In this document: one piece after another, positions 24,343 through 37,646 of the stretch
Position numbering within the stretch: the first letter of the stretch is position 1
Layout: each line of letters opens with the position of its first letter
DNA from: Squalus acanthias
Taxonomy: Eukaryota
DNA: 64,000 nt
Direction: 5' to 3'
Assembly: GCA_030390025.1 (NCBI GenBank)
Contig: CM059432.1
Location: 81,346,001 to 81,410,000 of the forward strand
Position numbers and translations under genes: made by a program
Notes under the pieces: model-generated
What the model was told of the DNA's origin: nothing
The model's input: only the letters and a program-made list of their open reading frames with translations
Database searches by the model: none

Positions 24343-27300
24343 TTTTTGTTTTTATTCGTTCCTGGGTGTCGCTGGCAAGGCCAGCATTTATTGCCCATCC
24401 CTAATTGGCTTTGAGAAGGTGGTGCTGAGCCGCCTTCTTGAACCACTGCAGTCTGTGTGGTACTCCCACAGTGCTGTTAGGGAGGGTGTACCAGGATTTT
24501 GACAGCGATGATGAAAGAACGGCGATATATTTCCAAGTCAGGATGGTTTGTAACTTGGAGGGTAACTTGCAGGTGATGGTGTTCCCATGCGCCTGCTGTC
24601 CTTGTCCTTCTAGGTGGTAGAAGTCGTGGGTTTGGGAGGTGCTGTCAAAGAAGCCTTGGCGAGTTGCTGCACTGCATCCTGTAGATGGTACACACTGTAG
24701 CCACGGTGCACCGATGGTGGAGGGAGTGAATGTTTAAGGTGGTAGATGGGGTGCCGATCAAGCAGGCTGCTTTGTCCTGGATGGTGTCGAGCTTCTTGAG
24801 TGTTGTTGGAGCTGCACTCATCCAGGCAAGTGGAGAGTATTGAATCACACTGCTGACTTGTGCCTTGTAGATGGTGGAAAGCCTTTGGGGAGTCAGGATG
24901 TGAAACGCTCGCCGCAGAATACCCAGCCTCTGACCTGCTCTTGTAGCCACAGTATTTATGTGGCTGGTCCAGTTAAGTTTCTGGTCAATGGTGACCCCCA
25001 GGATGTTGATGGTGGTAGATTCAGTGATGGAAATGCCGTTGAATGTCAAGGGGCGGTGGTTAGACTCTCGCTTGTTGGAGATAGTCATTGCCTGGCACTT
25101 GTGTGGCGCGAATGTTACTTGCCACTTATCAGCCCAAGCCTGAATGTTGTCTAGGACTTGCTGCATGCAATCATGGACTGCTTCATTATCTGGGGAGTTG
25201 CGAATGGAACTGAACACTGCAATCATCAGCGTACATTTCCACTTCTGACCTTATGATGGAGGGAAGATCATTGATGAAGCAGCTGAAGATGGTTGGGCCT
25301 AGGACACTGCCCTGAGAAAATCCTGCAGTGATGTCCAGGGGCTGAGATGATTGGCCTCCATTAACCACAACCATCTTCCTTTGTGCTAGGTATGACTATA
25401 GCCAGAGGAGAGTTTTCCCCCGATTCCCACTGACTACAATTTTACTAGGGCTCCTTGATGCCACACTTGATATCAAGGGCAGTCACTCTCACCTCACCGC
25501 TGGAATTCAGCTCTTTTGTCCATGTTTGGACCAAGGCTGTAATGAGGTCTGGAGCTGAGTGGTCCTGGCAGAACCCAAACTGAGCATCAGGTGAGCAGGT
25601 TATTGGTGAGTAAGTGCCGCTTTATAGCACTGTTGACGACACCTTCCATCACTTTGCTGATGATTGAGAGTAGACTGATGGGACGGTTTTTGGCCGGATT
25701 GGATTTGTCCTGCTTTTTGTGGACATGACATACCTAGGCAGTTTTCCACATTATCGGGTAGATTCCAGTGTTGTAGCTGTAATGGAACAGCTTGGCTAGA
25801 GGCGCAGCTAGTTTCTGGAGCGCAACTCTTCAGCACGACAGCTGGGATGTTGTTGGGGCCCATAGCCTTTGCTGTATCCAGTGCGCTCTTCTATTTCTTC
25901 ATATATCGTGGAGTAAATCGAATTGGCTGAAGACTGGCTTCTGTGACGTTGGGGACGTCAGGAGTAGGCCGATATGGATCATCTACTCGGCACTTCTGGC
26001 TGAAGATGGTTGCAAACTCTTCAGCCTTGTCTTTTGCACTCGCATGCTGGGCTCCGCCATCATTGAGGATGGGGATATTCATGAAGCCTCCTCCTCCTGT
26101 TAGCTGTTTAATTGTCCACCACCATTCACGACTGGATGTGGCAGGAATGCAGATCTTTGATCTGATCCATTGATTGTGGTATCGCTTAGCTCTGTTTGTA
26201 CCATGCTGCTTTCACTGTTTAGCATGCATGTAGCCCTGTGTTGCAGCTTCCCCAGGTTGGCACCTCATTTTTCAGGTATGCCTATTGCTGCTCCTGGCAT
26301 ACTCTTCTGCACTCCTCCTTGAACCAGGGTTGGTCACTTGGCTTGATGGTATGGTAGAGTGAGAGATATGCCGGGCCATGAGGTTACAGATTGTGGTGGA
26401 GTACAAGTCTGCTGCTGCTGATTGCCCACAGCGCCTCATGGATGCCCAGTTTTGAGCTGCTAGATGTGTTCTGAATCTATCCTATTTAGCACAGTGGTAG
26501 AGCCACACAACACGATGGAGGGCGTCCTCAGTGTGAAGACAGGTCTTGGTCTCCACAAGAATTGTGCGGTGGTCACTGCTACCAATGCTGTCATGGACAG
26601 AGGCATCTGCGACAGGTAGATTGGTGAAGACGAGTTCAAGCAGGTTTTTCCCTCGTGTTGGTTCTCTCACCACCTCCCGCAGGCCCAGTCTACCAGCTCG
26701 GTCAGTAGTGGTGCTACCGAGCCACTCTTGGTGATGGACATTGAAGTCCCCCACCCAGAGTACATTCTGTGCCCTTGCTACCCTCAGTGCTCTTCCAAGT
26801 GCTGTTCAACATGGCGGAGTACTGCTTCATCAGCTGAGGGAGGGTGGTAGGTGGTAATCAGCAGGAGGTTTCCTTGCCCATGAGACTTCATTGGATCTGG
26901 AATCAAAGTTGAGGACTCCCAGCGCCACTCCCTCCCGACTGTATACCACTGTACCGCCACCTCTGGTGGGTCTATCCTGCCGGTGGGACAGGACATACCC
27001 AGGGATGGTGATGGAGGAGTCTAGGACATTGGCTGAAAGATATGATTCTGTGAGTATGACTATGTCAGGCTGTTGCTGGACTAGTCTGTGGGACAGCTCT
27101 CCCAATTTTGACACAAGTCCCCAGATGTTAGTGAGGAGGACTTTGCAGGGTCGACTGGCCTGGGTGTGCCGTTGTCCTGTCTGAAGTCAGTGCTGAGGTC
27201 GATGCTGGGTGGTCCGTCGGGTTTTATTCATATTATTGTTTTCTGTAGCTGGTTTTTACAACTGAGTGGCTTGTTAGGCCATTTCAGAGGGCAGTTAAGA

Positions 27301-27583
27301 GTCAACCAAAGTGCTCTGGGTCTGGAGTCACATATAGGCCAGACCAGGTAAAGGAGGCAGATTTCCTTCCCTAAAGGACATTAGTGAACCAGATGGGTTT
27401 TTACGACAATCCGTTAGTTTCATGGTCATCATTACTGATACTAGCTTTTTATTCCAGATTTATTTAATTAACTGAATTTAAAGTCCCCAGCTGCCGTGGT
27501 GGGATTTGAATTCATGTCTCTGGATCATGAGTCCAGGCCTCTGGATTACTAGTCCAGTAACATAACCATTATGCTACCGTTTC
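24343..27583 (-). mobile_element. Apparently full-length ~3.2-kb Zenon-like LINE: tRNA-derived 5' head + single EN-RT ORF, no ORF1
   Basis: APE (TNIWGL, ILTESYL, GDFNVH, SDH) from ~27140, RT ([17 protein letters not shown]). Family tail and A-rich end at ~24343-24420. Confidence 0.88.
27501..27580 (-). promoter_or_regulatory. Type-2 Pol III internal promoter-like head (A box, B box)
   Basis: A box TAGCATAATGG (rc 27566-27576), B box-like GAATTCAAATCCC (rc 27501-27513). Confidence 0.65.
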
Positions 27584-30419
27584 TATATCAGAGTGTTAAA
27601 TGCGTGGCTCAAGGAGTGGTGTGGGAGGAAGGGGTTTCGATTCATCGGGCACTGCCAGCAGAACTGGGGAAAGTGGGAGCTGTTCCGTTGGGATGGGCTC
27701 CACTTGAACTGGGCTGGGACCAATGTCCTGGCAAAATCGAATAACTAGGGCTGTAGATCAGGCTTTAAACTAAAAAGGTGGGGGGGGGCAGGGGGGAGGG
27801 GTTAGGTGAGGGGAAATTTAGAAAGCTAAAGAGAAAAGTCAAGGCAATGGAGAAGTGTAGCGATTTGGGTAAAGATAAGCAGAGTGTGACAGGAAGGGAC
27901 AGAGAGTTTAATGGTAATAGTGCATCAATGTTAACAAGTTAAAAATAAAGGCTCTATCTGAATGCATGAAGCATTCTTAACAAGATAGATGAACTAGTGG
28001 CACAAATAGGGATAAATGGCTTTGATCTAATAGCAATTACAGAGACGTGATTGCAAGCTGACCAAGGTTGGGAACTAAATATTCCAGGGTACTTGATGTT
28101 ACGAAAAGAGAGGCAGCATGGAAAAGGAGGTGGCGGGGAAGGGGGGCGGGGGCGGGGATGGGGGGTACGGCTAGCCCTAATAATAAAGGATGACATAAGG
28201 ACAGTAGTGAGAAAGATCTTGGCTGGGAAGATCAGGAAGTAGAATCAGTATGGGTGGAGATAAGAAATAACAAGGGGCAGAAATCACTGGTGGGAGTAGT
28301 TTATAGGTCCCCAAGCAGTAGTTATACCGTTGGACAGAGTATTAATCAACAAATAATAGGAGATTGTAACAAAGGTAATACAATAATCATGGGGGACATT
28401 AATCTTCATATAGAATGGGCAAATCAAATTGGCAAAGATAGTCTGGAGGACGAGTTCATGGAATGCATTCGAGACAGTTTCCTGGAACAATACATCATGG
28501 AAACAACCAGGGAAGGGGTTATTTTAGATCTTGTATTGTGTAACGAGACAGGGTTAATTAGTAATCGCATAGTAAATGATCCTCTGGGGAAGAGTGATCA
28601 TAATATCATAGAATTTCACATTGAGTTTGCGAGTGAAATACTTCAGTCCTAAACTAGTGGCTTAAACTTAAATAAAGCCAATTACATAGGTATGAGTGGC
28701 ATGTTGGCTAAGGTAGATTGGGAAATTAGATTAAAAGGTATGATGGTAGATAAGCAGTGGCAAACATTTAAAGAAATATGCCAAAATTCTCAATGAGTAT
28801 ACATTCAATTGAGAAATAAAAATTCCACAGGAAAAGTGATCTCTCCGTGGCTAACGAAAGAAGTTAAGCAATGTATTAGATTAAAACAAGAGGCTTATAA
28901 TATTGCGAAGATTGTAAGCCTAATAATTGGGAGAGCTTTAGAAACCAGCAAAGGATGACCAGAAATTTGATAAAAAGGGAGAAAAAAGAATATGAGAGTA
29001 AACTAGCAAGAAATATAAAAACAGCTTCTACAAGTATGTAAAAAGGAAGAGAGTAGCAAAAGTAAGCGTTGGTCCCTTAGAGGCTGAGACAAGTGAAATT
29101 ATAATGGGAAATAAGGAAATAGCAGACTTTAAACAAATATTTTATATCTGTCTTCACAGTAGAAGATACAAAAAGCTTATCAAAAATAGTGTGGAACCAA
29201 GGGGCTAATAAGAGTGAGGAACTTAAAGTAATTAATATCAGTAGAAAAAAAGTACTTGGAAAACTAAAGGGACTAAACGCCGACAAATTCCCTGGACCTG
29301 ATGGCCTACATCCTAGGGTTCTAAAGAGGTGGCTGCAGAAATAGTGGAAGCATTGGTTGTGATCTTCCAAAATTCCCTAGATATAGACAGGTTAATGAGT
29401 GGGCAATAAGGTGGCAGATGGAGTATAATGTGGGGAAATGTGAGGTTATCACTTTGGTAGGAAAACAGAATATTTTTTAAATGGTGAGACACTATTAATT
29501 GTTGGTGTTCAGAGAGATTTAGGTGTCCTTTTACAGGAAACACAGAAAGTTAGCATGCAGGTACAGCAAGCAATTAGGAAGGCAAATGGCATGTTGGCCT
29601 TTATTGCAAGGGCGTTGGAGTACAAGAGTTAGGAAGTCTTACTACAATTGTACAGGGCTTTTGTGAAACCACACCTGGAGTACTGTGCACAGTTTTGGTC
29701 TCCTTATCTGAGGAAGGACATACTTGCCTTAGAGGCGCTCAATGAAGGTTCACTAGATTGATCCCTAGGATAAGAGGGTTGTCCTATGAGAAGAGATTGA
29801 GTAGATTGGGCCTATACTATTTGGAGTTTAGAAGAATGAGAGGTAATCTCATTAAAACATATAAGAATCTGAAGGGGATTGACAGGGTAGATGCTGAGAG
29901 GTTGTTTCCCCTGGCTGGAGAGTCTAGAACTAGGGGGCATCGTCTCAGGATAAGGGATCGGCAATTTAAGACTGAGATGTGGAGGAATTTCTTCATTCAG
30001 AGGGTTGTGAATCTTTGGAATTCTCTACCCCAAAGGGGTGTGGATGCTGAGTCCTTGAGTATATTCAATGCTGAGATAGATATATTTTTGGACTCTAGGG
30101 GAATCAAGGGATATGGGGATCGGGCGGGAAAGTGGAGTTGAGGTCGAAGATCAGCCATGATCTTATTGAATGGCGGAGCAGGCTCGAGGGGCTGTATGAC
30201 CTACTCCTGCTCCTAATTGTTATGTTCTTAGATTCTTTCTTTCTTGGGACGCAAGCGCTGGCTTCTGGTGAACAGAACTGTGCACAGTACTCCAAGTGTG
30301 GTCTAACCAAGGTTCTATGTAAGTTTAACACAACTTCTCTGTTTTTGAATTCTATTCCTCTAGAAATGAACCCCAGTGCCTTGCTTGCACTTTTTATGAC
30401 TTTGTTAACCCGATTTCAA

Positions 30420-31880
30420 CCACACCCTCACCACCACCTTTGATGCGCTAGTCCCTATGAAAACAATTACTCTCACTCACCCTGGCCATTCCCCCTGGTA
30501 CGTCCCTCATCTTCGCTCCCTTAAGTCCAAGGGATGCAGACTTGAACAGATATGGCGGACAACTGGTTTAGCCATTCACCGCCAGATCTGGCTGGACCAC
30601 ATAAAGCATTATTGGGTCCTGCTCTTGTCTGCCAAAATTGCTCACTATTCCAGAATCATTCTGGAATGCAAAGATAGACCCCGGCTCCTATTCTCTACTG
30701 CTAACCGTCTTCTTAAACCCCTCTCCCCTGTCTCCTCTACTCTCACCTCCGATAACAAGTGTGAGGAGTTCATGGACTGCTTTGTCTCTAAGATTGAGAC
30801 CATCCATTCAGCTGCCTCTGCCACTTCCCTTCCTTCCCCTAGCCCACGGGGCCAAACTTCCTCTAAGGTTCCCTCCTGCCCTAGCCCTGAACTCACATCT
30901 TTCTCTAGTTTCTCTCCGATTTCCCCTCATGACCTCTCCGCGCTCATCTTGTCCATTCGACCCACTTCCTGCTCCCTCGACCCTATTCCCACCAAACTGC
31001 TGACCACCCAACTTCCTTTTCTGGCTCCCATGTTAACTGACATTGTTAACGGTTCTCTCTCCTCAGGTACTGTCCCCCTCTCCCTCAAATGTGCCATCAT
31101 CACCCCCTCCTCAAAAAACCAACCCTTGACCCCCTCCGTCCTTGTAAACTACCGCCCCATCTTCAACCTCCCTTTCATCTCCAAAGTCCTTCAACGTGTT
31201 GTCACCTCCCAAATCCGTGCCCATCTTGCTCGCAATTCCATGTTTGAATCCCTCCAATCAGGTTTCCGCCCTTGCCACAGTACCGAAGTGGCTCTCATCA
31301 AAGGCACAAATGACATCCTTTGTGACTGTGACAAAGGCAAACTATCCCTCCTCGTCCTTCTTGACTTGTCTGCAGCCTTTGACACGGTTGACCACTCCGT
31401 CCTTCTCCAACACCTCTCCACCATCGTCCAGCTGGTTGGGACTGTACTCGCCTGGTTCCATTCTTATCTATTTAATCGTAGCCAGAGAATCACCTGCAAC
31501 GGCTTCTCTTCCCGCTCCCACATCATTACCTCTGGTGTCCCCCATGGATCTATCCTTGGCCCCCTCCTATTTCTCATCGCCCTTCCCTGTAATCTCTGTA
31601 ATCTCCTTCAGCCCCACAATCCCCCGAGATATCTGCGCTCCTCTGATTCTGCCCTCTTGAGCATCCCTGATTATAATCACTCAACCATTGGTGGCCATGC
31701 CTTATGTTGCCTAGGCCCAAAGCTCTGGAATTCCCGGCCTAAACCTCTCTGCCTCGCTACATCTCTTTCCTCCTTTAAGACGCTCCTTAAAACCTACCTC
31801 TTTGACCAAGCTTTTGGTCACCTGCCCTAATTTCTCCTTATGTGGCTCAGTGTCAAATGTTTTGTCTTTTAATATTCCTG
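30420..31880 (+). mobile_element. L2 LINE fragment with internal deletion
   Basis: ORF 30457-31830: PWY, SCSLDPIPT, NYRPIFNLPFISK, QSGFRPCHSTE, LLDLSAAFDTVDH, GVPHGSILGP, joined directly to the C-terminus (LRSS..KLWNS..FKTLLKTYLF). YADD absent. Confidence 0.9.
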
Positions 31881-32029
31881 GAGGGGGAGCGCTTCCAGTA
31901 GCGCCCCGCCTCCTGCTTGGGATGCTACCGCTGAATTTACGGCACAGGGGCGCTAACTTTTATGGGGCGCTAAAAGTAGCGCCCCGGTGAAGTTAGCGCC
32001 CCAAAAGGGTGGCACCAAATTTCTGTCCC
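31881..32029. mobile_element. One end of a Harbinger-type MITE
   Basis: Terminal rc GGGACAGAAATT followed by TTA (32030-32032). Repeated AGCGCCCC/GGGGCGCT subterminal motifs. Confidence 0.65.
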
Positions 32030-33084
32030 TTACTTTTCAAGGAGTAGGCTGCCTCCTTATTCTTCCTACCAAATTGGACCACCTCACACTTGTCTATATT
32101 GAACTTCATTTGCTCATTCTGCAAGTTTATTAATATCTTCTTGTCATTTGTCACTGTCTTCCTTAGTATATACTACACCTCTCAATTTGGAGTCATCTGC
32201 AAATTTTGAATTTGTACTTCCGATTCCCAATTCCAAATCGTTTATGTAAATGGTGAACAATAGTGGTCCCAGCACTGATCCCTGGGCAACACCGCTTCCC
32301 ACCTTTCACCAGTCTGAATAACTACCTTTAACCCCTACTCTCTGTTTTCTGTTTTGTAGCCAGGTTGCTATCCATTCTACTATGAGTCTACTATGCGGTA
32401 CCTTATCGAAGGCCTTTTGAAAGTCCATTTATATTACATCCACTTCATTACCCTTGTCTACTGTTTCCATTACTTCTCCAAAGAGTTTCATAAGGTTGGT
32501 CAAACATGACCTTCCCTTTTGAAATCCATGCTGACTATTATTTATTATATTTTCGGTATCTAGGTGTTTTTCTGTTACATCTTTGCGTAAAGATTCCAAT
32601 CCGACTTAATTTCTAATACGACTTTATGACTTAGTTCCTTAAAAGCCTGTATTAACTATTTATTTCCTATAACTCAGTTCAACAGCTGAACTCCGTATTG
32701 TATAGGCATACTCGGGCAGTTTACAGAATATTGCTTTTATGAATCTCAAAGGCAACCCTTTGGCCAATTTTATGGGGCACTGTTCCTACAAACTATAACT
32801 GTATCTTGGAGTTTGGACCTTTAAGACAGTATAGCAGCAGTGGAAGTGTGCCCATGGCTTGCCTGAGGTCTACACTGCAGATGCCACTGGTGTTGCCATG
32901 TACTCGATAACTGCAGTGCAGACAACTTTTTCTTCACGGCATTATTTGTAGCAGGCGCAGAGCATATTGGGTGTTGATCTGCCCTCCTCCACTTAGACTA
33001 TGCAAGCAAGCAAGTGCCGCCACACTATAGCTTGGATTTCCTTGGAAAAACTGCCAGTATTTGGGTGATTTCACAGTGATTTTT

Positions 33085-33158
33085 TTTTAAAATTCGTTTA
33101 TGGGATCTGGGCGTCACTGGCAATGCCAGTCTTTATTGCCCATCCCAAGTTGCCCTTG
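33085..33158 (-). mobile_element. Zenon-like LINE/SINE 3' tail fragment
   Basis: rc of TCAAGGGCAACT..GGATGGGCAATAAA..CCCAGATCCCATAAACGAAT plus A-tract. Confidence 0.7.
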
Positions 33159-34622
33159 ATGAGGCGTTCTGCCATAACTTCACCCCGCCCAAAAACAGAT
33201 TGTCAGTATTTTACTGTTGTAAACCTGCCAGTGACTTAAGCTGCCTACTCCGAGACTACCCCACCACATATAAGTGGCTGCAGAGTTTCCTGCCTCTATA
33301 GACCACTGCTGTACAGAAGCAGTCTACTAGGGATTTCCTGTCCTAGGCCAATAATATGGGCGATGGGCACTCCCGGTGCAGTCCTGCCCCTAGCAGGGCC
33401 TAGCATCAACAGAAGGGGCAGGATATTTCAACACAGTTGCAGGCCTCTCAGGCCACTGAGTTCAGGGCCTTCTGGCTGTTGATGCAGATCAGCCTCAATT
33501 GCCTCTAAAAATCCTGGAACGGATCTATCTACCTTACCTTCCCGTCTTCAGTCATTGGACGGTCTGGTTGTAAGTGTCCAGGAACAGGCCATTTTTCAAT
33601 GGGCATCCTTGCTCTGGGGCGCCCAGCTAGTGATGTTCCAGGACAATGAGGTGGGAAACCAGGAACTCCCTTCCCATCTCATTCACAAATCTGCGGCGGG
33701 CCAACTCTGTGCCCCCCACCCCCCCAACCTCAGTCAAGACCATGAAATCCTGGGGCAACATAAAACCTGACAAATTAGGTCTCCATATTTTTTTCATATC
33801 TTTTGCACCTGGGGAAATGGCCGTTTCCTGGGGCAAGGAACAAGAAAATCTACCCTGCTATTTCTAACACTATTCCTTATAATTACATCTGATGAGCTCA
33901 TTCTTTCCACGTTCCTCACCCCAAGTCTCCTCCCAGCTGCCGATTTGTATTTCAGAACTGCACGAGTTGTCACCTATCAGAGGCTTTAAATTTTGGGCCT
34001 CTTGCCCAACAGAAGTTCCCACTGCTTTTCCCTGCTACAGACCTACCGTCGACACCACAAATGCCATTTCATCCTTCTCACTTGCTGCCCTGTTTACTCC
34101 TGTTAATTGTTACTTCTCCGGTGATGCAATGTATTGCTACCAATTTGTCTAGTAGCAGCTAAGAAACTTGTGACTGATTGATTTGAATGTCAGGTAAGCA
34201 TAGGATGGCAGGTAATAATATGATATAAATCTATTACCAGAGGACTATGAAATGTGTATCTTATCTGATATCCGATCAGGCTACAATTACACCAGGTTAT
34301 TACAGCAGCAGGATGTGTGTAAAGTAGGAGTCTGTATGAATGTATAACTGATGCAAGCTTAATCCTGATCCAGGAGTAGAATTACAATGGTCTGTACCCA
34401 TTCATCTCATTTATAAACATTGAAGTCCTGATCCAGGCACAACATTCATCCAAGCAAGTTATAGATTTCTCAATGTTCAAATATATAAATAATGTAAACT
34501 TTAAATATATCACTTAAAATATATTTTATATTTCCCTTTTATACTGGACTCCATAAAATGCTGTTCCAATATTCTGCAACTGTGGTTTCAGGGTTTATTT
34601 TTGCTAGAAAAACAGATTAATA

Positions 34623-36403
34623 TTAGAGTAAGAGGAGGGGTGGGCCGATTAGGGACCAAAATGGAGACCTACACATGGAGGCAGAGAACATGGCTGAGGT
34701 ACTAAATGAGTGCTTTACATCTGTCTTTACCAAGGAAGAAGATGCTGCCAAAGTCACAGTCAAAGAGGAGGTAGTTGAGATACTAGATGGGATAAAAATT
34801 GATAAAGAGGAGGTACTAGAAAGGCTGTCTGTACTTAAAGTAGATAAGTCACCAGGACCGGATGGGATGCATTGTAGGATGCTGAGGGAAGTAACGGTGG
34901 AAATTGTGGAGGTACTGACCATAATCTTTCAATCCTCCTTAGATTTGGGGGTGGTGCCAGAGGACTGGAGAATTGCAAATGTTACACCCTTGTACAAAAA
35001 AGGGTGTAAGGATAAACGCAGCAACTACAGGCCAGTCAGTTTAACCTCGGTAGTGGGGAAGCTTTTAGAAACTGTAATCAGGAACAAAATTAACAGTCAC
35101 TTAGACAAGTGTGGATTAATTAAGGAAAGCCAGCACGGATTTGTTAAAGGCAAATCGTGTTTAACTAACTTGATCGAGTTTTTTGATGAGGTAACTGAGA
35201 GGGTTGATGAGGGCAATGCAGTTGATGTGGTGTACATGGACTTCCAAAAGGCGTTTGATAAAGTGCCACATAATAGGCTTGCCAGCAGAGTTGAAGCCCG
35301 TGGAATAAAAGGGACAGTGGCAGCATGGATACGAAATTGACTAAGTGACAGGAAACAGAGAGTAGTGGTGAACGCTTGTTTTTCGGACTGGAGGAAGGTA
35401 TACACTGGTGTTCCCAAGGGGTCGGTATTAGAACCATTACTTTTCTTGATATATATTAATGATTTAGACTTGGGTATACAGAGCACAATTTCAAAATTTG
35501 CAGATGACACAAAGCTTGGAAGTATAGTTAACAGTGTGGAGGATAGTGATAGACTTCAAGAAGACATAGACAGGCTAGTAAAATGGGCAGACACATGGCA
35601 GATGAAATTTAACACAGAAAAGTGTGAAGTGATACATTTTGGTAGGAAGAACTAGGAGAGGCAATATAAACTAAAGGGTACAATTCTAAAGGGGGTGCAT
35701 GAACAGAGAGACCTGGGGGTATATGTGCACAAATCGTTGAAGGTGGCAGGGCAGGTTGAGAAAGCAGTTAAAAAAACATACAGGATACTGGGCTTCATAA
35801 ATAGAGGCATAGCGTACAAAAGCAAGGAAGTTATGATGAACCTTTATAAAACACTAGCTCGGCCTCAACTGGAGTATTGTGTCCAACTCTGGGCACCACA
35901 CTTTAGGAAGGATGTGAAGGCCTTAGAGAGAGTGCAGAAAATATTTACAAGAATGGTTCGAGGGATGAGGGACTTCAATTACGTGGATAGGCTAGAGAAG
36001 CTGGGGTTGTTCTCCTTAGAGCAGAGAAGGTTGAGAGGAGATTTGTTGGGTGTTCAAAATCATGAGGGGTTTGGACAGAGTAGATAGAGAGATACTGTTC
36101 CCATTGGTGGAAGGGTCGAGAACCAGAGGACACAGATTTAAGGTGATTGACAGAAGAACCAAAGGCAACGTGAGGAAAAACTTTTTTACGCAGTGAGTGG
36201 TTAGGATCTGGAATGCACTGCCTGAAAGGATGGTGGTGGCAGATTCAATTGTGGCTTTCAAAAGGGAATTGGATAAGTACCTGAGGGAAGAAGATTTGCA
36301 GGGCTACAGGGAAAGGACGGGGGAGTGGGACTAGCTGAAGTGCCCTTGCTCGACGGGCCGAATAGCTTCCTTCTGTGCTGTAATCATTCTATGATTCTAT
36401 GAT
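34623..36403 (+). mobile_element. 5'-truncated CR1 LINE, closely related to 6304-12442
   Basis: RT ORFs 34675-35340, 35365-35655 and 35695-36087. Tail (ATTCTATG)n. Confidence 0.92.
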
Positions 36404-36534
36404 TATATAGCTTACCAAAGTAATGTGTAAATATAACCTATATACTGTTGCTGATGTTATTTAAAATAAACAGGTTAGCAGAGAGAGGAATTTGGTACAA
36501 GTATGTTACATATGAGGTAACATAAACTTGAGCT

Positions 36535-37037
36535 CATCCAAAACTCTGCTATCCATATCATAACTCACACCAGGTTCCGTTCACCCATCATGCCAATGCT
36601 CGCTGACCTACATTGGCTGCCGGTCAGGCAACGCCTCAAGTTTAAAATTCTTATCCTTGTTTTCAAATCCCTCTATGGCCACATTCCTCCCTATCTTCAT
36701 AACCTCCTCCAGCCCTAAACCCCTCCAAGATCTCTGCACTCCTCCAATTCTGGTCTCTTGTGCATCCCCGATTTTAATCGCTCCACCATTGGTAGCCATG
36801 CCTTCAGCTGCCTATGCCCTAAGCTCTGAAATTCCCCTCTAAACCTCTCTGCCTTTTTGCCTCTCCTCCTATCAGACGCTCCTTAAAATCTACCTCTTTG
36901 GCCAAGCTTTTGGTCATCTGTCTTAATATCTCCTTATGTGGCTCAACATCAAATTTTGTTTGATAAGACTCCTGTGAAGCGCCTTGGGACGTTTTACTAC
37001 GTTAAAGGTGCTATATAAATGCAAGTTGCTATTGTTG
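36535..37037 (+). mobile_element. L2 3' fragment
   Basis: Encodes ITP/M..LADLHWLP..FKIL-like C-terminus. Tail GGTGCTATATAAATGCAAGTTG. Confidence 0.8.
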
Positions 37038-37517
37038 TATAATAACCTCACCAATAGTAATTTCTACCCTATCATTCTGTAAAAATATCAAGCTTTGTGA
37101 AAGGAAAAGGTAACCCTATTACTTGTAGATCACTTTCATATATTTTAATTTTTAATCTGTTTTGTTTGGTATATATAGATCTGGGGCTCCTCTGTAATGC
37201 CCTGTTCATCCTTAATGCTGCACTGTAATTGGCCGCCAAGGAGTATCTCTCTCATTTTCATCTCTATCTTGCTCTATCTAATGCACCAGAACAGCACAGC
37301 TCGTATCAGGGAATCACCATGAGGGAGAGTTTCTTCTGTTCATTATTATTTTTAAAATTGTTTATACTTTCTTTGTATTTACATTTACAATTTCCTTATA
37401 AGTAGGGAACGGAGAAAATCTTCCTCCAATACGAGGAATTGAAGGCAGGAGCTTGTATATTACTATTCTTTGCTACATTGTATTACAGCCCCTTCCCAGG
37501 TACTGTTCTAAACAGTA

Positions 37518-37633
37518 TTACAAAAGGCAAAATACTGCGGATGCTGGAAATCTGAAATATAAATAGAAAATGCAGGAAATACTCAGCAGGAGGCATGACC
37601 TGCTTAGTATTTCCAGCATTTTCTGTTTATATA
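37518..37633. repeat. Inverted pair of Penelope-like terminal-repeat fragments
   Basis: AGAAAATGCAGGAAATACTCAGCAGG pairs with CCTGCTTAGTATTTCCAGCATTTTCT. Homologous to 43210-43250. Confidence 0.6.
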
Positions 37634-37646
37634 TGTTATAAACAGT

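Larger units (their letters stand above)
23750..30230 (+). mobile_element. Degenerate near-full-length CR1, ORF1 split by a LINE insertion, RT partly deleted
   Basis: ORF1 esterase (NRYEVL, VGDSI, VHVGTND) at ~23890-24340 resumes at ~27585. APE ~27950-28650. RT jumps at ~29380. 3' tail at ~30230. 5' boundary uncertain. Confidence 0.85.
30255..32600 (-). mobile_element. CR1 fragment split by L2 and Harbinger-type insertions
   Basis: [12 protein letters not shown] on - at ~30270-30330. RT region resumes at 32030-32600. Confidence 0.8.

Noticed and set aside
18701..27580. tRNA genes at the A/B-box heads (~19100-19171, ~20050-20118, 27501-27580)
   Set aside because: No complete cloverleaf is evident, and the heads continue into SINE or LINE bodies.
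32868..32923. Short inverted repeat GTCTACACTGCAG / CTGCAGTGCAGAC
   Set aside because: Too short, with no TSD or second copy in the window, to call an element.
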